DNA from: an uncultured bacterium
GTDB taxonomy: Bacteria > Patescibacteriota > Minisyncoccia > Phycocordibacterales > CAIZLB01
Direction: 5' to 3'
NCBI GenBank assembly: GCA_903821355.1
Contig: CAIJKW010000030.1
Location: 27,897-91,896, forward strand
DNA length: 64,000 nucleotides
Below the pieces are notes generated by a model. That model searched no databases, was not told the origin of the DNA, and saw only the letters and a list, made by a program, of their open reading frames with translations. The position numbers were made by a program, and so were the translations under genes. Positions 1-9,146 of this stretch are shown in pieces (position 1 is the stretch's first letter; every line of letters begins with the position of its first letter).

Positions 1-1
1 G

Positions 2-103
2 AAAGAGCTAAAAAAGATTGCCAAGAGGGTGGCGGAGGGGTTGCATGTGACTATTACAGAGGATAGGTTTAAGGCGATGAATAGTTTGAATACAAACAAT
101 TAA
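2..103 (+). CDS. 3' end of a gene entering from the left (partial, unknown)
   Basis: Open frame KELKKIAKRVAEGLHVTITEDRFKAMNSLNTNN* ends at TAA; a GC hairpin follows at ~161-198. Confidence 0.35.
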   Translation, partial: KELKKIAKRVAEGLHVTITEDRFKAMNSLNTNN

Positions 104-224
104 TTGGGTTTGGTGCAAAATCGTTTAGAGAAAATTTGGATGGAATAATTTATACGAAGCAAAAACCGCCGCCAGCGTGGTGCTGGACGGCGGGGTTGAG
201 GATTTGAACCTCGTTTTTGGCGGG

Positions 225-812
225 TCAGTAGCTCAAGCTGCAAGGGTTGCTACTTCCTTCCTGGATTTTCTCCCAGGTGAGATTTGATATCTCTCGATCC
301 TTGTCATGATAGGGTTGCAAGAGCTTGTCGCACTGGCTGGCCGACACTCTGCTAGCAAGGGAGATTTCGAAGCTGGTTTTGTCTCTTGCAAGGCTGCGAT
401 AGTTGGGATAGTCCTTAGACAATTCCGCGTCCTTCAACAGTTCTTGCGCGAACAAAACTTGGTCTATCGCAGAGTTGGCAGACCTGTCGATGTCCTCCAG
501 CTCCTCGACATATGGCCCAGAGCAGTACTTGCTGAAGCGGTATTCCACCACCGCAGGCAAGCACTCTTGGTCTATGACGCCAAGGTCATCAACTTTTCCA
601 ACCTTCTTTTCAAACGAGGACACTAGGCCCTTGAGAAGCAGCAGTTTTTCGGAGATAAGCTCCTTTTTCTTGCATTGCTTCTCCCAGGCCACAGCCTGAG
701 ATCTTTCATGGTTCAGCGTATCTTTCTGAACCGAGGTATAGGTGGAATAGGTGAGGAGGGCGAGTAGCACTAGAAGTAGCAAGCTCGCGACGAATTTGAT
801 TCTGTCTTTCAT
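225..812 (-). CDS. Hypothetical membrane-anchored protein (orphan)
   Basis: 195-aa ORF with N-terminal hydrophobic helix and several Cys; GC-richer than its neighbours. Confidence 0.7.
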   Translation of the reverse strand: MKDRIKFVASLLLLVLLALLTYSTYTSVQKDTLNHERSQAVAWEKQCKKKELISEKLLLLKGLVSSFEKKVGKVDDLGVIDQECLPAVVEYRFSKYCSGPYVEELEDIDRSANSAIDQVLFAQELLKDAELSKDYPNYRSLARDKTSFEISLASRVSASQCDKLLQPYHDKDREISNLTWEKIQEGSSNPCSLSY

Positions 813-1114
813 GATGTGATGGTGGTGTTTGGTGTTGATCTCTTATGGTTTGGCAACTTCATCCAACCTGGATTTGATTGCACATGTCTTTGTATTAAAT
901 ATGCATAGACATGTACAATCAAAAACTTTGCCAAATAACACTTATTTCCAACCAAACATAATGTATCTATAAGGGGCTATACTGAGAAAAATACTAACAT
1001 ACAAATAGGGAATAGTCAACAGTGGTAAAATGAGCAGTGTCTGACATCAAAAACAACAAAACCCACACTTTCATGCGGGCTTTGTTGTTGTGCATCGTCG
1101 GCGCGCTTCACATC

Positions 1115-1174
1115 GTTTGTATAGCCAGCGTTAGCGTCAAACAGCAGTTTAACTCTAACATTGGCCGTACAAAC
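1115..1174. repeat. Long imperfect hairpin with AGCA loop downstream of rpsA
   Basis: 28-nt arms gtttgtatagccagcgttagcgtcaaac / gtttaactctaacattggccgtacaaac around loop agca. Confidence 0.6.
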
Positions 1175-1211
1175 TAGGTAAAATATGCACCTGCACTCCT
1201 TATTTTTAGTC

Positions 1212-2429
1212 TTATTTCTTGTTTTTGTCAACAAAGGCAAGAGCCATCTTTTGTTCCTTAGAATCAAATAGACTTATCTTGAATGTATAACTTTTACCAA
1301 GCTCAAGAGTTTCTTTTAGCTTTGCTTCACTACCAAATTCAGAAACGTGGACTAGTCCTGCGATTCCTTCTTCAATACTTGCAAGTGCTCCGTGCTTGTT
1401 GTACTTAATTACAACTCCAGTGACGACATCGTCTCTCTTGTATTTCTTCTCAGCATCTTTCCATGGGTTTGGCTTAAGAGCTTTGATCGATAGAGAAACT
1501 TTACCATCCTTAATTTCTATAACTTTAACTTTTATTTTTTCTCCAACCTTAAACATTGTACGAGGATCCTCTACAAGTGCCCAGTCAATTTCTGAAATAT
1601 GAACAAGACCTTCTAGGTTTTCTTCAAGTTTAACGAATACTCCAAAGTCAACTGCACCTGTGACAGTTCCTTCAACTTCATCGCCAACAACATACTTACT
1701 TGCAACTTTTTCTTTTTCTCCTCCAACACTTAAGTTTTTCTCTGAGAAAATAAGTTTACCTTCCTTAGGTGAAGCTGCAATGATTGTAACTGAAAGCTTT
1801 TGTCCAACTAGTTTTTTAAGTTCTTCAAGAATTCTATCCTTGTTTCCCTCTTCAACTCTTGGATAATTATCAGCCTTTAGTTGAGACGCTGGAAGGAATC
1901 CTTGAATTCCTTGCCATGCCATAAGAAGACCTCCCTTGTTTGCTTCAAGAACGGGAATATCATAAACAGTATTGTTTTTGATAGCACTTTCTGCTTCACT
2001 CCAAATAAGAGCCTGTTTAGCTTCTTTTAGAGAAAGTTCAATGTAACCATCTGCATTGTTAACTTCTACAACCTTTGCGGCAATACTATCGCCAATATTT
2101 ACTTTTCTTAGAATATCTCTAGCGCTTACATATTCTTTACCAAAAATAATTCCAGTTCCATATGGTTTAAGATCGATAAAAACACCCTTCTTATCAATTG
2201 CTATAACCTTACCCTCCACAATATCAGTTACACTTGGAGGAGTATGTGAGTCTGAAATAATTCTTCCCATCACACTTGCATTCATTTGTGCGATTTTTTG
2301 TGCAGTCTCTTCTTCCGCCTCAGTCATTTCTCTTTTAACCTTAACCTTTGTATCGTCTTTAGCGACACTTGTTGTTGCTTCTAATATTGTATCTTCTACG
2401 ACATTAGTTGCGTTTGTATCATTTGTCAT
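1212..2429 (-). CDS. rpsA: 30S ribosomal protein S1 (four S1 domains)
   Basis: S1 motifs GGLL..QGFLPASQL, DFGVFVKL..EGLVHISEIDW, GLVHVSE; ATG at 2429 preferred over the TTG at 2444. Confidence 0.93.
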   Translation of the reverse strand: MTNDTNATNVVEDTILEATTSVAKDDTKVKVKREMTEAEEETAQKIAQMNASVMGRIISDSHTPPSVTDIVEGKVIAIDKKGVFIDLKPYGTGIIFGKEYVSARDILRKVNIGDSIAAKVVEVNNADGYIELSLKEAKQALIWSEAESAIKNNTVYDIPVLEANKGGLLMAWQGIQGFLPASQLKADNYPRVEEGNKDRILEELKKLVGQKLSVTIIAASPKEGKLIFSEKNLSVGGEKEKVASKYVVGDEVEGTVTGAVDFGVFVKLEENLEGLVHISEIDWALVEDPRTMFKVGEKIKVKVIEIKDGKVSLSIKALKPNPWKDAEKKYKRDDVVTGVVIKYNKHGALASIEEGIAGLVHVSEFGSEAKLKETLELGKSYTFKISLFDSKEQKMALAFVDKNKK

Positions 2430-2550
2430 GAAATAAAAAAACAAGTACTGCTCCTGCTTGGGTCTCTGAATGGCACCGCAGGGGTTACAGTTCTTGGAAT
2501 TGCTAATAATCTGACTTAGGTATTATGCATGTTTTGGCGAATAATTCAAG

Positions 2551-2660
2551 CCCCCAGCCCAAATACACGTCATCTGAGAGAACGGCGATTTCCTGCTGGA
2601 AATCGCCTCTGCTCACTGCAGTTCGCAAGTCTCTCAAATGACGTGTATTTGGGCTGGGGG
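2551..2660. repeat. REP/MITE-like structured palindromic element, copy A
   Basis: 30-bp inverted arms (one mismatch) enclosing hairpin ggcgatttcc-tgct-ggaaatcgcc; homologous to 16936-17043. Confidence 0.8.
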
Positions 2661-2822
2661 ACGGTAACGGTTTGCCAAAATATGCAGAATAAACCTGAGT
2701 TGGTGGGGTTTTAGGGCGGTTTGGAGATTGACAGTGGGGAGGTTGTTGTGGTATGGTTTTGGGGAACAAGCACCTTTAATAATCCAGCGACAGGTGCTTC
2801 AAACCTCAGACAACTCATTTAA

Positions 2823-3128
2823 ATGCACACTCACACAGTTCTTGTTAATGTATTGACATGTGTCTGGTACGTTTTTGTCATCATCTTTTGGATTATCAAT
2901 ACCAAGTTATGTTTACATGAAGACGGCGATGGTGGTGAATCTGATATCTTGTTCGCGTGTCGGTGTATTGGGTACACCTTTTTCACTATCGGACTCATCC
3001 TGATGCTTATCGGTGGTATCGACCGAAGTGATATGACAGCCACCATTAGCGGCTTTGTGCTTTTGACTTTTGGTCATGGCTTGATACTCTATGCACGCTT
3101 AAGACATCTGATGCCTAACGTACAATAA
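2823..3128 (+). CDS. Small hypothetical membrane protein (about 3 TM, orphan)
   Basis: 101-aa hydrophobic ORF; TTGACA at 2728 upstream and terminator hairpin downstream. Confidence 0.65.
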   Translation: MHTHTVLVNVLTCVWYVFVIIFWIINTKLCLHEDGDGGESDILFACRCIGYTFFTIGLILMLIGGIDRSDMTATISGFVLLTFGHGLILYARLRHLMPNVQ

Positions 3129-3133
3129 CCAAT

Positions 3134-3188
3134 AACCCGTCCTGCGACGACACGTGGAAAATCCACCTGTCGCAGCAGGCGGGTTTTT
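3134..3188 (+). terminator. Intrinsic terminator
   Basis: aacccg..ctgcgac..gtcgcag..cgggtt stem followed by T-tract. Confidence 0.6.
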
Positions 3189-3274
3189 CAATTGAATAAA
3201 AATTTTATAAAATATTTGGTTATTCTTTATAAAAAATTTATAGAAATATCATCTCATTTTGATACTCTTGCGGG

Positions 3275-3829
3275 ATGGCAAAATCTAAGAAAAATAATAT
3301 TGCATATATTGATGGTGCAAATTTGCATAAGGGAATCAAAACACTTCCTTGGGATTTTGATCATGCAAAATTTAGAGTATGGCTTTTGGAGAAATATAAT
3401 GTAGTTGAAGCTTATATATTTTTAGGATTGGTAAGCAGTGATAAAAATATGGAGTTATATTTAAGACTTGAGTCTCAGGGTTACATACTTATTTTTAAAG
3501 AGGTTGTTGTTAATTCAAACGGAAGGACAAAAGGAAATTGCGATGCTGATTTAATAGTTCTTTTGATGCAACATCTTTATGGGGGTTTATTTGACAAAGC
3601 TATTTTGATTTCTAGCGATGGAGATTATATACCTTTAATTAAATTATTAATTCATGAGAACAAGATTGAGGTTTTGGTATCTCCGTATAACAGAAGTCTT
3701 TGTTCTATTATATTAAGAAGATCCAATGTAAGAATTGTCTATATCGATGATCAGAAATATTTACTTAAAATTGAGAATAATAATTATCTTGAAAATAAAA
3801 AAGCCGCCGATGAAGACGGAACATCATAA
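3275..3829 (+). CDS. NYN domain (LabA/DUF88, PIN-like) protein
   Basis: Motifs AYIDGANL, KGNCDADL, ILISSDGDY. Confidence 0.88.
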   Translation: MAKSKKNNIAYIDGANLHKGIKTLPWDFDHAKFRVWLLEKYNVVEAYIFLGLVSSDKNMELYLRLESQGYILIFKEVVVNSNGRTKGNCDADLIVLLMQHLYGGLFDKAILISSDGDYIPLIKLLIHENKIEVLVSPYNRSLCSIILRRSNVRIVYIDDQKYLLKIENNNYLENKKAADEDGTS

Positions 3830-3953
3830 GTAGCTTTTTTCTATTTGCGCGCGATGTATATATAATAGGTGCGTGCTTTTAAAAAGTCAAGAAAATGAGC
3901 AGCTTTACACCTTAATTATTTCATGTCTAAACTGAATGGGGGTTAAGTGGAGA

Positions 3954-3982
3954 TTGAAAAAGGTTGGAAAATGAGATATAAT
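3954..3982 (+). promoter_or_regulatory. Sigma70 promoter giving a probably leaderless mRNA
   Basis: TTGAAA-17 nt-TATAAT, with ATG 6 nt downstream at 3989. Confidence 0.7.
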
Positions 3983-3988
3983 ACTCCC

Positions 3989-4630
3989 ATGATTATTACG
4001 TATTTGGGCCGTGAGGCTGTTAAAATTCAGTATGGAGATTTGGTTATAGCTTTTAATCCGCCAGCAAAGACATCGTCATATAAGATGAATAGATTTGGAG
4101 CTGATATTGCGCTTGAAACATTACCACATGAGGATATGTGTGGAGGATCTGAGATGGTTTATGGGGACAAGAAACCCTTCGTCATTTCTGGCCCTGGAGA
4201 ATATGAGGTGAATAGTATTTTTATAAAAGGTCTAGCAGGAGAGTCCTCATATGATATTGACAAAGATGATCCAAAACTTATTAACACAATATATGCATTA
4301 ACAGTTGAAGGCATTAATATGTTGTATCTTGGTGCGCAAGACGGTCCACTTCCAAAAGACACTGCGGATGCAATTGATTCTGTTGATATTCTATTTTTGC
4401 CAATAGGCGGAAACGGTGTTTTGGATGCAAAAACAGCTTACAAGCTTGCTATGAATTTGGAACCTAAAATTATTATTCCAATTCATTTTGATGGCAAGAA
4501 GGATGAGGCATTAACCTCGTTCTTAAAAGAAGCTGGAGAGCATGGTGACGCTATAGATAAATTAACAATCAAGAAAAAAGATCTTGATGGTAAAAATGGT
4601 GATATAATAGTTTTGTTACCACAACAATAA
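3989..4630 (+). CDS. MBL-fold metallo-hydrolase (Lactamase_B_3-like)
   Basis: MIITYLG start, FVISGPGEYEV, VDILFLPIGG, EPKIIIPIH. Confidence 0.85.
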   Translation: MIITYLGREAVKIQYGDLVIAFNPPAKTSSYKMNRFGADIALETLPHEDMCGGSEMVYGDKKPFVISGPGEYEVNSIFIKGLAGESSYDIDKDDPKLINTIYALTVEGINMLYLGAQDGPLPKDTADAIDSVDILFLPIGGNGVLDAKTAYKLAMNLEPKIIIPIHFDGKKDEALTSFLKEAGEHGDAIDKLTIKKKDLDGKNGDIIVLLPQQ

Positions 4631-4697
4631 AAGATTTTTAAGCTTAGAAATCACGTTAAAATCATTAGATTTTGACGAAAAAATAAAAAATAAAAAT

Positions 4698-5273
4698 ATG
4701 TTATCAAAACATTTTGAAAAAATAAGGCAAAAATCAGAAAACTATAGAATGGTCTATGCCTTTACTGTGTCCCTTGTTTTTACTGGGATTATTTCAGGTT
4801 TATGGGTCTTTTCAATGTTTATCCCCAATTTCAATAGTGATTCTAATATCGCAAATAGTGCCAATGTCTCTGGCGCAGTTGATGGAAAGGGTGTTGGTGA
4901 GAGTCAAAATTATTTAAGCCCAACTGGCGTTGTGAAGCAGGAAGGTGGAAATATCGTAGATTCTTTTTGGAATGCTATCAAAGGAATAAAAAGCAATCCT
5001 TATATGGGTGGTCAGTTTGAAGTAAGGTCTGACGGCACATCTGGATCAGAGAATTCAAATAAATTATCTACAACAACTGCAAGCGGTATCACAGTAGAAG
5101 TTGGTAATTCAAATAGTGTTGATTCAAGTGTTGGCATTATTGTTCCAAGCGGATCTACCGGTGGTGGTTATGTTAATACTGTGAATTCAGGTGGGGCGAG
5201 CGCAGGTGGTGCGAGTGCGAGCGCAGTTGACGCTGGTAACGTAAATGACACTGACAGCGCTTCAGGAAATTAA
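4698..5273 (+). CDS. Hypothetical membrane protein with Ser/Gly-rich tail
   Basis: One TM helix followed by low-complexity sequence; directly upstream of gyrA. Confidence 0.7.
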   Translation: MLSKHFEKIRQKSENYRMVYAFTVSLVFTGIISGLWVFSMFIPNFNSDSNIANSANVSGAVDGKGVGESQNYLSPTGVVKQEGGNIVDSFWNAIKGIKSNPYMGGQFEVRSDGTSGSENSNKLSTTTASGITVEVGNSNSVDSSVGIIVPSGSTGGGYVNTVNSGGASAGGASASAVDAGNVNDTDSASGN

Positions 5274-5305
5274 TTATAAATTTAACAAGTAAATAAGACA
5301 AAACA

Positions 5306-7774
5306 ATGGCAAAAAAGATAGAAACTCCAGTAGAAGTGATTTCAGAAAACTCTGACAAAATCCAAGACAGAAATTTATCGCTTGAAATGAGGAAGTCATA
5401 TATTGACTATGCCATGTCTGTTATTACAGATCGTGCTCTTCCTGATATTAGAGATGGACTTAAACCAGTTCACCGTCGTATTTTGTATGCGATGAACGGT
5501 ATGCGTTTGACCGCATCTGCAAAAACAGTTAAGTCTGCCAAAGTTGTTGGAGAGGTTATGGGTAATTATCACCCACACGGAGATGCGGCTATCTATATGT
5601 CTATGGTCAACATGGCGCAAGATTTTACACTTCGTTATCCTTTGATTGTTGGTCAGGGTAACTTTGGAACTGTAGACGGTGATCCTCCTGCTGCTCAACG
5701 TTATACTGAAGCAAAAATGTCACGTCTTTCATCAGAGCTCTTAAGAGATATTAATAAGCAAACAGTTAATTTTGTTCCTAACTATGATGGATCAAGTAAG
5801 GAGCCCACAGTTTTACCTACTGCTGTTCCAAATCTGTTGTTGAACGGAGTTTTGGGTATTGCTGTTGGTATGGCTACAAACTTTCCTCCTCATAATCTAA
5901 GAGAGATTGTGGATGCCACAACTCACTTAGTTGATAATAACGATGCTTCATCGGAAGATTTGATGCAATTTATTAAAGGTCCAGATTTTCCACTTGGAGG
6001 AATTGCTTACAATGAAAAAGATATTGCAACCGCATGTATTCATGGAAGAGGCGGAGTTGTGGTTCGTGGTGAAGCTGAAATTATTGAAGAAAAAGCTGGT
6101 CAATCAAAAATTGTAATTACTTCAATCCCGTATCGCGTTAATAAATCGACTCTCATTGAAGCTATTGCTGATCTAGCTCGTGAAAAGAAACTTGAGGGTA
6201 TTAAAGATTTGCGCGATGAGTCAACAAAAGACATTAGAATTGTTATTGAATTAAAGAGTGGAAGTTATCCTCAAAATATTTTAAACTTCCTATACAAGCA
6301 CACGCAACTTGAATCAACTTTCCACTACAACATGGTCGCGCTCGTTGATGGTGTTCCGCAAACTCTCTCTATTAAGTCATGTTTGGAAGAATTTATTAAG
6401 CACAGAAAAGAAGTTATTAAGAGAAGGACAGAGTTTGATTTAAGAGAAGCACAAGAAAGAGAACACATTTTACTTGGTTTGAAGAAGGCGTTGGATCATA
6501 TCGATGCAATTATTAAAACCATTAAGGCTTCAAAAGATACTCCTACAGCTCATGTAAATTTGATGAAGGAGTTTAAGTTCTCAGATAGACAAACTACCGC
6601 TATTTTGGATATGAAGTTGCAAAGACTTGCGGGACTCGAAAGAAAGAAAATTGAAGATGAGTTGAAGGCCGTTCAAGCATTCATCAAAGAGTGTGAAGAC
6701 ATTTTGAAAAATCCAAAGAGAGTTTTGAAGATTATCAAAGATGAGCTTGCTGATATTAGAGAGCGTTTTGGTGATAATAGAAGGACAAAGATTATTAAGC
6801 ATGCAGCAAAGAACTTCTGTATAGAGGATGTTATCCCAGATGAGGAGAGCGTGCTTGTGCTTACAAGTGGCGGATATATTAAGAGAACTGATCCTGATGA
6901 ATACAGAAAGCAAAAAAGAGGTGGTGTTGGTGTAGTTGATTTGGATACTAAAGAAGAGGATTTTATAACTCATCTTATAACAACAACAACTCATAGTGAT
7001 TTGCTGTTCTTCACAGATAAAGGAAAGGCATATCAGATAAAGATGTACGATATTCCAGAGGGTAAGCGTGCTACTCGTGGAAAATCTATTATGAACTTTT
7101 TGTCTCTTTCTGATAATGAGAAAGTGACGTCTGTTCTGCCAATGCCAAAAGAAATTAAAAAGGGAAGTGGTCTTAGTTTGTTCTTGGTTACAAAGCAGGG
7201 AACTGGAAAGAAAGTATCAGTCGAGAGCTTCTTGGATGTTAGAAGAAGTGGAATCATTGCAATCAGACTTGATGCGGGAGATGAGTTGGTTTCCGCTTCA
7301 TTTGTTGAAAAGAAAGATTCTGTGATGGTTGTTGCATCTGATGGTCAGTCTATTAGATTTGACGAAGGTGATGTTAGAGAAATGGGTCGATCTGCTGGAG
7401 GTGTGCGTGTAATGAAATTGGATAAGGATGTGAGTGTCGTTGGAGCTGACACTATTGCAAAAGACGTAACTGATGCAACTGTGATGGTCATGTCTTCAAA
7501 TGGTTATGGAAAGAAAACTCCAATTAAGGAATATAAGATTCAAGGTCGCGGCGGAAGCGGAATCAAGACTGTGAAAGTCACTCCAAAGACAGGGGACTTG
7601 ATTTCTGCAAGAATTCTAACAGCAGGGCTTGAAGAGCTTGTTGCGATTTCAAAGAAGAGTCAAGTTATCAGATGTGATTTGAAAGAAGTTCCAACTCTTG
7701 GACGTGATACACAGGGTGTGAGAATTATGAAATTGCGCGAAGGGGATGGGTTGGCTTCATTGATTTGCTTATAG
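5306..7774 (+). CDS. gyrA: DNA gyrase subunit A
   Basis: [15 protein letters not shown], catalytic AAQRYTE, GyrA-box-like QKRGGVG, C-terminal pinwheel repeats. Confidence 0.97.
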   Translation: MAKKIETPVEVISENSDKIQDRNLSLEMRKSYIDYAMSVITDRALPDIRDGLKPVHRRILYAMNGMRLTASAKTVKSAKVVGEVMGNYHPHGDAAIYMSMVNMAQDFTLRYPLIVGQGNFGTVDGDPPAAQRYTEAKMSRLSSELLRDINKQTVNFVPNYDGSSKEPTVLPTAVPNLLLNGVLGIAVGMATNFPPHNLREIVDATTHLVDNNDASSEDLMQFIKGPDFPLGGIAYNEKDIATACIHGRGGVVVRGEAEIIEEKAGQSKIVITSIPYRVNKSTLIEAIADLAREKKLEGIKDLRDESTKDIRIVIELKSGSYPQNILNFLYKHTQLESTFHYNMVALVDGVPQTLSIKSCLEEFIKHRKEVIKRRTEFDLREAQEREHILLGLKKALDHIDAIIKTIKASKDTPTAHVNLMKEFKFSDRQTTAILDMKLQRLAGLERKKIEDELKAVQAFIKECEDILKNPKRVLKIIKDELADIRERFGDNRRTKIIKHAAKNFCIEDVIPDEESVLVLTSGGYIKRTDPDEYRKQKRGGVGVVDLDTKEEDFITHLITTTTHSDLLFFTDKGKAYQIKMYDIPEGKRATRGKSIMNFLSLSDNEKVTSVLPMPKEIKKGSGLSLFLVTKQGTGKKVSVESFLDVRRSGIIAIRLDAGDELVSASFVEKKDSVMVVASDGQSIRFDEGDVREMGRSAGGVRVMKLDKDVSVVGADTIAKDVTDATVMVMSSNGYGKKTPIKEYKIQGRGGSGIKTVKVTPKTGDLISARILTAGLEELVAISKKSQVIRCDLKEVPTLGRDTQGVRIMKLREGDGLASLICL

Positions 7775-7807
7775 TCTTTATTTAAGTGTAAATAATATGA
7801 GACGTGG

Positions 7808-7842
7808 AAAGGGCCGCCGGACGAACGTCCGGCGGCCCTTTT
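7808..7842. terminator. Bidirectional intrinsic terminator
   Basis: aaa-gggccgccggacg-aa-cgtccggcggccc-tttt between convergent genes. Confidence 0.85.
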
Positions 7843-7873
7843 GATATCACGCAATTTGTTTCTGGATCAGGCT

Positions 7874-8377
7874 TTAACTCAGGCACAAGCTGAGGAGGTG
7901 GTGATGTGTGTTGTCGAGATCGAGTTCCCAGTCATATTTGACCATCACTCCATACTCCCTACGCAGTCCATGTGGTCCATCATCAATCTCCGGTGCAAAG
8001 TGCATAAGAATTGTACCCAGGAGGGTGCTCGATTCGTCCGTGTTATTAATCACAATCACATATGCACCGTTCTCAGCGGCGGACATGCGTTCTTTGATTA
8101 AAGAAGTAACACTTTCTTTGGTGAGTCCACCTCCATTCAGTTGAGAGACAATCTCGATTTCAGCGCCAAGCCCGGTAGATAAGATTTTGGTAGTCAGCCT
8201 ATCGTCTTTTCTTCCGGCCAAGAGGTGAAGCGGCATATCTCTCTTCTTGGTTTTGATTCTCTTCGCAAGCCTTCTGGTCCTTTCGCATATTGATGATTTG
8301 TAAAGATCCCGTTCCGTTATGTCAGATTCTTCTGGATTGGGGGCGCAAACTATTCCGTAAATTCTGATTTGGCTCAT
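7874..8377 (-). CDS. Hypothetical protein (orphan)
   Basis: 167-aa ATG ORF ending at the shared terminator. Confidence 0.6.
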   Translation of the reverse strand: MSQIRIYGIVCAPNPEESDITERDLYKSSICERTRRLAKRIKTKKRDMPLHLLAGRKDDRLTTKILSTGLGAEIEIVSQLNGGGLTKESVTSLIKERMSAAENGAYVIVINNTDESSTLLGTILMHFAPEIDDGPHGLRREYGVMVKYDWELDLDNTHHHLLSLCLS

Positions 8378-8461
8378 CTTGTGAAAATCTAGGTAACCGC
8401 CTAGTCGGGTTCAGGTTCTGAAATACAATATCACAAAAGTTCTTTGTGTAAAGAATTCAGC

Positions 8462-8581
8462 TTTGGAGAATCGTCCAAACGAAGATTCTGGTGACGATTT
8501 AGCAAAATCGCCACGGGGCTCGCCTACCGGGCGGTTTTGGAGAATCGTCCAAACGACGATTTTGGAGAATCGCCTACCGGG
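8462..8581. repeat. BIME-like mosaic of REP-like units
   Basis: tttggagaatcgtccaaacga twice (8462, 8536), tttggagaatcg (8561), tcgcctaccggg twice (8520, 8570), hairpin gtgacgattt-agca-aaatcgccac (8491-8514). Confidence 0.75.
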
Positions 8582-8596
8582 TGATATAATATTTAC

Positions 8597-9130
8597 ATGA
8601 GTTTTGTTCAACCAAAAAAGACATTGCATGATATGAATATTGCAGAAGGTATGACTGTTGTGGATTTTGATGCGGGTGCTGGATACTATACGATGGCACT
8701 TGCAGAAAAAGTTGGTTCACATGGAAAAGTTTTTGCAATTGATACCCGCGGAGATTTACTAACTAGGATTGCAAATGAAGCAAAAATTCTTCATCATAAA
8801 AATGTGGAAGTCATGAGGGGAGACATTGAGTCTCCAAATGGTTCAGGTCTTTTGAATGAAAGTGTAGACAGGGTTGTGATTGCAAATACATTATTTGTTT
8901 GTGACTATCCAGAGCGGGCAGTTAAGGAATCGATAAGAATATTGAAAAATAAGGGCAAAATTGCCGTCATTGACTGGTTAGATTCCTTTAATCATTTTGG
9001 TCCACACCCAGATTGTATAATTCCTAAAGAACATATCATTGCATGGTTTGCTAAAGATGGCATGGCACTAGAAAAAGAATTTGATGCAGGGGAATACCAC
9101 TATGGCCTAGTGTTTAAATTTAAAGATTAA
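8597..9130 (+). CDS. Class I SAM-dependent methyltransferase
   Basis: VVDFDAGAGYY motif I, GKVFAID, SVDRVVIAN, IAVIDW. Confidence 0.88.
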   Translation: MSFVQPKKTLHDMNIAEGMTVVDFDAGAGYYTMALAEKVGSHGKVFAIDTRGDLLTRIANEAKILHHKNVEVMRGDIESPNGSGLLNESVDRVVIANTLFVCDYPERAVKESIRILKNKGKIAVIDWLDSFNHFGPHPDCIIPKEHIIAWFAKDGMALEKEFDAGEYHYGLVFKFKD

Positions 9131-9146
9131 GTTATAATATTTATAT

